Below, one piece after another: positions 23,180 through 32,520 of a stretch of 64,000 bases of DNA. A program made the position numbers and the translations under genes. How positions within the stretch are numbered: the stretch's first letter is position 1; each line of letters starts with the position of its first letter. The stretch lies in assembly GCA_029953675.1 (NCBI GenBank), contig JAMWBK010000001.1, positions 868,001-932,000 of the forward strand. Reading direction: 5' to 3'. Under the pieces are notes generated by a model. The model was not told the DNA's origin. It did not search any database and saw nothing but the letters and a program-made list of their open reading frames with translations. This DNA comes from Rhodosorus marinus CCMP1338. Taxonomy: Eukaryota; Plantae; Rhodophyta.

Positions 23180-23782
23180 GCCCCGCGCCGAATATCCCCC
23201 TGTGCCACTGCTGCCTTTGCCCGTACCTGCCTACCGGAACGAGAAGAAGGTGAAGTCCCGCACGAAGAGGAAGAAGAGACACTAGCGAGGTATAAAGATT
23301 CTAAGAAAGCAAAGTCCCCCGCCAGAAAAGACTGAACCTTGCGTCTAATTGAACATGCACCGCGCCCCTGGGAGACCGTGAGCACTAGCCGAGGAAAAAC
23401 AAACAAAAGCTTCCAAGCAAGTGCTGCTTGAGGATGGTCGGCCACCTCCATAAGCAGGAAATCCAAAAGAAAAGAAACCCTCCTGCGCAAACGATGAGGG
23501 AGAGAGACTGGGGGCGAACGAGGGCAAAGAGGGATATACCCAGAAGGAAACGCCCAACAAAACCTTCGAACCAAGAGAAAAAACGAGAACGCCAGTACTC
23601 AAAGCTACCTGGGCTCGGAAAGAAAGCAGGAAGCTCGCAATGTTCCCTAAAAGACTCAGACATCCTGCTCCCTCACCACGGAGGAAGCGTCTACGGGACG
23701 CGAATCCGCAACGGAATCAGAAGAATTTCTTCCCGCAACTGGCGCCAAGAAGGGGCGCTTGAGCGGAGGGGCACGCAAAGAG
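23180..23782 (-). mobile_element. Family A 5' internal fragment (ORF2 N-terminus)
   Basis: Reverse complement of about 9075-9680 (MSESFREHCELP.., WKLLFVFPRLVL). Confidence 0.9.
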
Positions 23783-24249
23783 TTTAGTTAGCCTAACTAC
23801 TCTGAGAAGCGAGGAGCAAGACGCTAATGAGTTTCTCGCTTCTCAGGGTAGTTAGGCTCTGAACAAACGGATAATGATGATGAGGCTCTGAATAAACGGA
23901 TGATGATGATGACGCGCGTCCAACAATAAAACATGGTTGGAACTGGAACGGATCATCATCGGTTGGAACTCCAGAGGGTCAAAGTCAGCTCCGTGAGAAG
24001 GCTCTAGCCAGCCGCCTTGGGTTGTATCGAAAGAACGCAAGAAGCCAACGAGAGACGGGTACCTGAATAGTCTTTCGACAAGCGCAGCAGCCTGGAGGGG
24101 GAGTAGTGGATGTGTGTGGAGTGCACTGCAAAACTGTGTCAAGAGCTAGGGCGTTAGCAAATCAACTTCTCGAGCAGGCCGCCATTCGGGAGGTCCAGCT
24201 GGCCCCGTAGCCTTTATTGGGCAGCTACCTAATGTAGCGCATCACACGA

Positions 24250-25140
24250 TCACTACGGATCATCACTACGTACGCACTAATCAAACCTGGACTCCCTGTC
24301 CAGGAGTCTCATCTAAGTCTCATTTAAATTCTACTTAGGGGAAATATCGGTCCATCTGCGCGATCTTTCTCGATCGCCTGCTCAACTGGCGCAGCATTGT
24401 GCTGCCATAAAATGTGGTTTATTGACCCCTCACCGACGATAGGTGGGAGTCACGATCATGCACGATCACCATCATGCATGCTGGTGCGCGCTCGCCGTTC
24501 GAAGAAATTCAAGGCTAGCCTGGCCCATTCGACCACAAGTCTCAAAAATGAACGGCACAAGAACCACATCTCGGTTTCCCCCCTCAGCACTTCCTTATAA
24601 TGCAACGCCTTCGCTTGTTCTGCTTATTTCGCAGCATACCCGCAGTTCCAGCTCGTATGTCTCAACTGATGCCTTTGAAGTGGCGATGTCACCATCACAT
24701 CCACCACATACACGCACGCATCCGCTCGTCGGGTGTCGTGCAACGATGTCTGGGCGAATTCCAGACCCAGCAAAGAACCCCTGAAGGCTCTACTTGTATC
24801 TCCGTGAAATTCCATTGGTGTAGCCATCGACTCAGTTCAATCTTTAGCTCGTCGTGCCTCTTGGTTCGCCTCCCCGATGACGTCCTGCAGTGGTGCAGCC
24901 GCTGGATCCCACGCACATCGTGTGGTTGCTCGCAGACTGTGCACGTGTGTAACCGGCCTAGTCCTTGCAGTGGCAGCCGCCGCGGCCCTGTACTAGGACA
25001 GTCGCGTAGCCAGACGCTAGACCCCGCACCCCGTTCCAGATGCCGATCGGATCCTCCCCCGGTCTAGGTCGTCCAGTGTTGAATGCCCAGTAAGCTAGCT
25101 CCTCAAAGGCTTGTCTGTGACACTGGTGGACGCAGACATC
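24250..25140 (-). mobile_element. Family C RLE non-LTR element, 3' portion (degenerate)
   Basis: RIRSASGTGCG; CTVC..HHC..RRTKRHDELK; RRADACVYVVDVMVTSP; AAK-AEQAKALHY; LVPFIFETCGRMG. Confidence 0.75.
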
Positions 25141-28113
25141 TCTACTCTAAGGGAGAACGAGCAGACTGTCCCTCACCGCCAGCTGGCCTTGCCTGTGCGC
25201 ATGGGCGGACTAGCCGTGGGGAATTATGCAATAATCCAACCGGCGGAGCTCTTGGGCAAATGCTTTAACTGCTTGGTCTAAAGAGAGCAATCCCGCCGCG
25301 CGTGGTTTGGTACGAGGCCTCCGTTTATTTAGAGGCTAACTACCCTTAGAAGCGAGAGACAAGACGCTGATGACGCGCGTCCACAAACAAAGCAGAATTG
25401 GAGCGCCACAGGGTCAAAGAAAGCCCTCCGTGAGCAGACTAACGTTTAGTTAGTGCGTTTAGCCCTGGGTCGTTGCGAAACAGAGCTCGCAGCCAGCGAG
25501 AACCTACACTATCTATCAAGCCAAAGCACTCAATAACGAGGGGGACGAACCGGTACGTCACCTCCGAATCGCGAAAGGTAGGGTTTGACATCGCTGCCGC
25601 GTACTGCGAATCTTTCACTCGCCGCATGGACCGAGCTGCAGTTCCTCGACGCCGAGCCGACGCAGGCAGGTACCTGGTCGCGTGAGGACAAGGGATGGAG
25701 AGGTCAATGTCCTCACTCACTGCGACGCGCATTGAGGTCAGTCACAACGAGATCCGCCACCCGCTGTACCGCTGGGGCGTCACTCTCATCAGCAATTTCC
25801 GATGCCACCGCCAGAGCGACCTCATACTCCACTTCTCGGTCCGTTCCGAGCGATTGAGAACGAAGGTAGCGGGAAAGCACGCGGTGAGCCGCGTTTGCGT
25901 CTGGCGTCTGGTCCGGGCCCCTTGAACCTCCGCACAAGACGCCAACAGATGCGCACCATAATCACCCCACGGCACATTGGCCCTGCACAATGCGCATCTA
26001 GAATCCCGCTCAACAGGCCAAGGGGGTTGCGGCAAGCCCAGGTAAAGTCGTAAGCTTACACGAAGTTCGAGATCGGTAAGCGCCAACCGCGGATACGCAG
26101 GTATGACCGTGAAGAAACGGGAGCTGAGACTCCCCCCCAAACCGCGGCAGGCGAGCCAAAGTCGACGTCGAGCACGAAAATAAACATTATTGAGTGCTTT
26201 GGCTTGATAGATAGTGTATGTTCTCGCCGGCTGCGAGCTCTGTTTCGCAACGACCCAGGGCGTTTAGATAGTCTGCTCACGGAGCTTTCTTTGACCCTGT
26301 GGCGCTCCAATTCTGCTTTCTTTGTGGACGCGCGTCATCAGCGTCTTGTCTCTCGCTTCTCAGGGTAGTTAGCCTCTGAATAAACGGATCATCATCATCA
26401 AGGTAAACTCAGAAGGGTGGCATACGAGTCCCGATGTATGCCCCACGAAAGGGTTTTTTGGATTACATCGGTCCTCGAAGGGGCCGCACCCGACCGGGAA
26501 ACGCCCTCCTGTGGCGGTCTCGACGGCACAGCCACGGCGTCAATATCCTCGGCAGTTTCTACCCCATTTCCAGCACACGGTGCTGCAGCAGAGACTCCCG
26601 AACGATGGCCACCGAGGGAGTCAAGAACTGCGAGGCCTCTTGTGATCTGTTTATTCAGAGGCTAACTACCCTGAGAAGCGAGAGACAAGACGCTGATGAC
26701 GCGCGTCCACAAACAAAGCAGAATTAGAGCGCCACAGGGTCAAAGAAAGCTCCGTGAGGAGACTATCTAAACGCCCTGGGTCGTTGCGAAACAGAGCTCG
26801 CAGCCAGCGAGAACTTACACTATCTATCAAGCCAAAGCACTCAATAATGAGGAGGACGAACCGGTATGTCACCGTCGAATCGCGAAAGGTAGGGTTTGAC
26901 ATCGCTGCCGCGTACTGCGAATCTTTCACTTGCCGCATGGACCGAGCTGCAGCAACTCGACGCCGAGCCGACCGACGCAGGCAGGTACCTGGTCGCCTGA
27001 GGACAAGGGATGGAGAGGTCAATGTACTCACTGCGACGCGCATTGAGTTCAGTCACAACGAGATCCGCCACCCGCTGTACCGCTGGGGCGTCACTCTCAT
27101 CGGCAATTTCCGATGCCACCGCCAGAGCGACCTCATACTCCACTTCTCGGTCCGTACCGAGCGATTGAGAACGAAGGTAGCGAAAAAGCAAGCGGTTGAG
27201 CCGCGTATGGCGTCTGGTCCGGGCCCCTTGAACCTCCGCACAAGACGCCAACAGATGCGCACCATAATCACCCCACGGCACATTGGCCCGCACAATGCGC
27301 ATCTAGAATCCGGCTCAACGGGCCAAGGGGTTTGCGGCAAGCCCAGGTAAAGTCGTAAGCTTACACGAAGTTCGAGATCGGTAAGTGCCAACCGCGGATA
27401 CGCCGCAGGTATGCCACAACCACGACCCGCAGCCGGGGGGCAGTTCTTGACTCTTTTGACGGATCTCGTTCGGGAAGCTCTGCGGCCGAACCGTGTCTTG
27501 ACAGTGGAGCCCGGGGGCTGGCGTTTGCGCTGGAGACGATGCTGACATGGATGGTGTCGATGCTGAAACGGACGCTGTTCCCGTGCCGTCGAGGCCGCCT
27601 GAGGAGTTTGTTACCCGGTCGGGCCCGGCCCCTTCGAGAACTGATGTAGTACAAAAAACCCTTTCCTGGGACATACATCGCGACTCGTACGCCACCCTTC
27701 TCGCTTCAGCTATCTCTCCGCCTTTGACCTTGGCTCGCCTTTGTACTTTCGCCTCAGCTCTCGCTTCTTTACGGTCATTGATGATGATCAGTTTATTCAG
27801 AGGCAGTTAGCCTCTGAATAAACTGATCCTGGGAAGCGAGAGACAAGACGCTGATGACGCGTCCACAAACACAGCAGAATTGGAGCGCCACAGGGTGAAA
27901 GAAAGCTCCGTGAGCAGACTATCTAAACGCCCTGGGTCGTTGCGAAACAGAGCTCGCAGCCAGCGAGAACCTACACTATCTATCAAGCCAAAGCACTCAA
28001 TAATGAGGGGGACGAACCGGTATGTCACAGCCGAATCGCGAAAGGTAGGGTTTGACATCGCTGCCGCGTACTGCGAATCTTTCACTTGCCGCTTGGACCG
28101 AGCTGCAGCTCCT
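25141..28113. mobile_element. Mosaic of family A fragments in alternating orientation
   Basis: Plus 25141-25320; minus 25321-26180; plus stub 26188-26399; minus 26400-26635 and 26641-27500; plus 27510-27780; minus 27781-28113. Confidence 0.8.
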
Positions 28114-28860
28114 GCCTACCCGCGGCTAGTGATGACAGACTTCGAGATGCGCACGAGCTTACGTTTGTACCTTGGCCTGCCCCAACCGCCATGGCCCGCG
28201 GCTAGTTGTAAACTGTGCGGTAGCCACGTGCCGTGCGGTGAATTCGGTGGACACCTTTGGCATCCTGTCCGCAGGTCCAGGGGGCCCGGACTCGTCGCCA
28301 TACGCGGCTCAACCGGTTGCTGTTTCACTATCTTCGTTCCCAGATCCTGGGCACGGACCGGGAGGTGGAGTATGAAGTCCCTCTGCCCGTGGCCACGGCA
28401 ACTACTGATACGGCTGACGCACCAGGGGTGCAGCGGGTGGCGGATCTAGTGGTGACTGATCTCAGCGCCCGTCGGAGTGAGTACGTTGACCTTTCTATTC
28501 CTTGTCCTCAGGCGACCAGATACCTACCCGCATCTGCACGCTGCCGTGGCGCTGCGGCTCGGTCAATGCGGCAACTGAAGGAGTCCCAGTACGCTGCAGC
28601 TATGTTGGACTCCACGCTCCGCGATTCGGCCTTGTCCTATCGGTTTGTTCTACTCATCATCCAGTGCTTTGGTTTAGTTGATTGTGTCGGCTCTCGCTGG
28701 CTTCGTGGGCTCTTTCGTCGCAGCCCAAGTCGTCTTGATAGCCTTCTCACGGAGCTGTCCTTGACCTTATGGCGTTCCGACGCGGCTTCACTGTTCGACG
28801 CGCGTCATCAGCGTCTTGTTTCTCGCTTCTCAGGGTAGTTAAGCTCTGATAAACTGATGA
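28114..28860 (+). mobile_element. Subfamily A2 5'-truncated copy with ATG-type tail
   Basis: ORF 28257-28838. The tail AAACTGATGATGATG merges into host GATGACGCGCGTCC. TCCT microhomology at the 5' junction. Confidence 0.9.
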
Positions 28861-29696
28861 TGATGACGCGCGTCCACAAACAAAGCAGAATTAGAGTGCC
28901 ACAGGGTCAAAGAAAGCTCCGTGAGCAGACTATCTAAACGCCCTGGGTCGTTGCGAAACAGAGCTCGCAGCCAGCGAGAACCTACACTATCTATCAAGCC
29001 AAAGCACTCAATAATGAGGGGGACGAACCGGTATGTCACAGCCAAATTGCGAAAGGTAGGGTTTGACATCGCTGCCGCGTACTACGAATCTTTCACTTGC
29101 CGCATGGACCGAGCTGCAGCTCCTCGACGCCGAGTCGACCGACGCAGGCAGGTACCTGGTTGCCTGAGGACAAGGGATGGAGAGGTCAATGTACTCACTG
29201 CGACGCGCATTGAGTTCAGTCACAACGAGATCCGCCACCCGCTGTACCGCTGGGGCGTCACTCTCATCAGCAATTTCCGATGCCACCGCCAGAGCGACCT
29301 CATACTCCACTTCTCGGTCCGTACCGAGCGATTGAGAACGAAGGTAGCGGAAAAGCAAGCGGTTGAGCCGCGTATGGCGTCTGGTCCGGGCCCCTTGAAC
29401 CTCCGCACAAGACGCCAACAGATGCGCACCATAGTCAACCCCACGGCACATTGGCCCTGCACAATGCGCATCTAGAATCCCGCTCAACAGGCCAAGGGGG
29501 TTGCGGCAAGCCCAGGTAAAGTCGTCAGCTTACACGAAGTTCGAGATCGGTAAGCGCCAACCGCGGATACGCAGGTATGACCGTGAAGAACGGGAGCTGA
29601 GACTCCCCCCCAAACCGCGCATGCGAGCCAAAGTCGACGCAGAGCAGGAAGGTAAACTCAGAAGGGTGGCGTACGAGTCCCGATGTATGTCCCACG
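28861..29696 (-). mobile_element. Family A1 fragment
   Basis: ORFs 28839-29069, 29008-29487 and 29525-29731. Confidence 0.85.
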
Positions 29697-29793
29697 AATA
29701 TGTATACAGGCGTTATCCAAAAACACTCCAAAAGCCTGTTCAGAATAGATAAGACATTCAGGGGTTCTCAAAAGCGCGGGAACTTCATGTAGT
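29697..29793 (+). repeat. ~95-bp direct repeat, copy 2 (partner at 6321-6407)
   Basis: See copy 1. It directly abuts the 5'-truncated end of the 28861-29696 fragment. Confidence 0.85.
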
Positions 29794-29949
29794 TTGTGTA
29801 GGTCATTGTCCTCAGACTCCAGCTCTGAACCAGCAATATAAGAAAAGCTCGGAAACTGCTCAAGCATTTCTCAGGTTTTAGCATTTTCACTTTTTTTGCA
29901 CTTTTTAGCACTCGGGTTTTTTATTTGGTACCCCTCTAGGTGGGAGTGC

Positions 29950-31610
29950 CGCGCCCTTGGGAGTGAGTACATCGACCTTTCTATCCCTTGTCCCCAGGCT
30001 ACCAGATACCTGCGAGCGTCTGCTCGACGCCGAGGCGCTGCAGCTCGGTCAATGCGGCAACTGAAGGAATCCCAGTACGCGGCGACTATTCAAGACTACG
30101 CTTCGAGATCCGGTATGTCCTACCGGTTGTTCCACTCATCATCGAGTGCTTTGGTTTAGTTGATAGTGTAGGTTCGTTCTCGTTGGCTTTGTCGGCTCTT
30201 TCGGAACAACCCAGGTCGTCTTGATAGCCTCCTCACGGAGCTGTCCTTGAACATATGGCGTCCAAAGCTGCATTATTGTTGGATGCGCACATCAGCTTCT
30301 TGTTTCTCGCTTCGCTGGTTAGGATCTTCCTCAAGGCCGAATATGGTCGCATCAGGAAATGCGGATTGCAGCCGTCGCAAAATGGGATGTAGAGACCCGG
30401 CATGGAGAGGACCCAAGGGATCTCCTTGCTGAATACCCTGGGATATCTGGAGACTTTGGAGTCTTTTAGCTTAGTTGATGGTGTAAGTTCTCATCGGCTT
30501 CGTGCGGTCTTTCTTTGCAACCCAGGGTGTCCTCGTTGAGCTCTCTTTGAGCCTCTGGCGTCCCAACACTGCTTTATTGTTGGACGGGAGTCATCTCACT
30601 CCGTTTATTCAGAGCCTAAGCTGAGAAGCGAGAAACAAGACGCTGATGACGGGCTTCCAACAATAAAGCAGCATTGGAAGGCCACATGGTCAAAGACAGC
30701 TCTGCGAGGAAGCTATTAAGACGCCCTAGGTTGTTACGAAAGAGCGCACGAAGCCAACTTATGGTGATGAAGCCAACGAGAACCTGGCTATCAACTAAAC
30801 CAAAGCGCTCGATGATGAGGGGAACAAACCGGCGTCGGAGAGTCTTGTTCCTCCCTTTTGAGGGTAGTTAGGCCCTGAATAAAACGGATGATGAAGATGA
30901 TGATGTTGACAACTGATTCCTTAGAAGATCTTGAACCTCCGTTTTCAAGTTCCCTATCCAGGGCTGTACTAGCCCCCGGGTCTGCGGAGCCGGAGTTGAG
31001 GTGTGCTCAGTGTTGTGGCTCAGTAGCTTCGGGTGATTATGGCGGGCCCTTTTTTCCTTTCCTGTGCGGAGGTCCAGGGTGGGGGCAGACCAGACGCCAG
31101 ACGCGGCTCAACCGCTTCCTGTTCTGCTCAGGCGCTCGGTATGGACCGGGAAGTGGAGTATGAGGTCTCCCCTGCCGGTGGCAACGGGAATGGCTGATGA
31201 GGCTGATGCCCCAGTGGTGCAGCGGGTGACCCGCCAGTGGTGTCTGACCTGAGTACTCGTCGAGGTGAGTACATCGACCTTTCTATCCCTTGACCCCAGG
31301 TGACCAGGTACCTACCTTCGTCCGCTCTGCGCCGAGGAGCTGCAGCTCGGTCAATGCGGTAATTGAAAGAATCCCAGTACGCTGAGATGCGGTTAAACGC
31401 TTCGGAACTCTGCATTGTCATACCGGTTTGTTCCTCTGATCATCGAGTGCTTTGGCTTTTTTCTTTTTTTTCACTAGGAATCCGCCTTCTCGATTCGAGG
31501 CTTGCAATGCAAGAAGGGAAAGCACAACTAGTTCAATACATTTCTAAAACTCAAGTTCGAGACGCATTGCTTTGGCTTAGTTAACGTTGAGGGTAGCCTA
31601 TGCTCTGAAT
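29950..31610. mobile_element. Older, heavily degenerate family A-like fragments
   Basis: SEYIDLSIPCPQATRYL at about 29960-30010 and 31265-31320, with many indels and stops. 3' termini at 30601 (-), 30885 (+) and about 31608 (+). Confidence 0.75.
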
Positions 31611-31617
31611 AGTTGTT

Positions 31618-32395
31618 GTTGTTGTCTCAAGAATCGTGCGGGTGATGAATCGTACCGGTTAAGAGCTTCAAGTGGTTGGGATCGGAGCCCTCCTTTGGCC
31701 GGGAATCACAAGTGACATCTGGAACAGATATCGGAACTGCTCTGGGAATTGACAAGGAACGATCCTAGTCGCATCGGCTTCAGAGTTGGGACCGGGAGAA
31801 CTTGCAGATGCTCCGCATCTATGCCGCTTGGTCCCGGGGCCTTGCCGCATTTCAGGTCGTCCATGGTGCTCTGGTTTACTGGAAAACACTCTGGCTCTGT
31901 AATGCTGCCTGAGTTCTGGAGGTGCGCGCTCTGGTTCCTTCCTAGTGTACATCGTTGTTTGACCTTAGAACGCGATTAAAACGGTACTGAAAGACGTGCT
32001 GGTAGTCTGCCTCCGGTTTAGATGGTTCCCGGTCCAGAATTGTGCGCAACACCTCCCACCCACAATGCAATTAACGCATTTGTCAGATAAGAAGAGTGCG
32101 CTATTCTTGCAACAAAAGCAACGTAGGATCATTCCCGTACTCTCGTCCGGAATTTCAGCAATGGGCAATTGGGTCATTGCATGATCACCACTGCAAAGTC
32201 CGCTTTGCTGAATGCCTGCTAACATGCAGCCATTAGCACTGGCAAAGTGTTTCCCCTCCTCCCGAATAATCGGAATTTGTTGCCACTGGAAGCAATCTCT
32301 TTGATTCTATATATATAACATACATAGATCCCCCGACCACTTGTGAAGCTCCCACCCGTTACGATTCATCTTCGTACGATTCCTGAGACAACAAC
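31618..32395. mobile_element. ~780-bp unit with ~67-bp inverted terminal repeats enclosing a family B RT fragment
   Basis: 31618-31683 vs the reverse complement of 32327-32395 is about 80% identical (GTTGTTGTCTCARGAATCGTRCG..GATGAATCGTA..GAGCTTCA..AGTGGT.GGG..ATC). The internal minus strand reads MDDLKCGKAPGPSGIDAEHLQ..FPEQFRYLFQMSLVIP. Confidence 0.6.
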
Positions 32396-32424
32396 GCCGA
32401 TCTTTATTCATGGATGGATTTCCA

Positions 32425-32520
32425 ACGCCGTATTATTGTTGGACGCGCGTCATCAGGGTCTTGTTTCTCGCTTCTCAGCGTAGTTACGCTCTGAATAAAC
32501 GGATGATGGTATCATGATGA
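32425..32520 (+). mobile_element. Outermost family A-like 3' terminus with ATG-type tail
   Basis: ..GGACGCGCGTCATCAGGGTCTTGTTTCTCGCTTCTCAGCGTAGTTACGCTCTGAATAAACGGATGATG. Confidence 0.8.

Larger units (their letters stand above)
6427..32520. mobile_element. Nested island of RLE-type (CRE-like) non-LTR retrotransposons, families A (A1, A2, older), B and C
   Basis: About 28 copies of the terminus ..CTTCTCAGGGTAGTTAGCCTCTGAATAAACGG+tail on both strands. Repeated translations of the zinc-knuckle and RLE region (CALCG..HLLASC..RRHTRL, RVADLVV, EYIDLSI, FVPLIIECFG). No host gene recognised inside. Confidence 0.9.

Noticed and set aside
8199-28113. Strand switches interpreted as L1-style twin-priming inversions
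   Set aside because: In the cases checked, the inverted piece overlaps or lies 3' of the sense piece rather than being its upstream continuation. This fits nesting better.
6537-29475. Many antisense or alternative-frame ORFs such as MERHRVKESSVSRLSKRPG.. and MPHGPSCSSSTPSRRR..
   Set aside because: They are shadow frames of the repeated RLE region and recur only because the DNA is repeated.
6427-32520. Repeated ~35-nt terminus as a CRISPR-like repeat-spacer array
   Set aside because: Copies are on both strands, irregularly spaced, and continuous with retrotransposon coding sequence. There are no cas genes and the context is eukaryotic.
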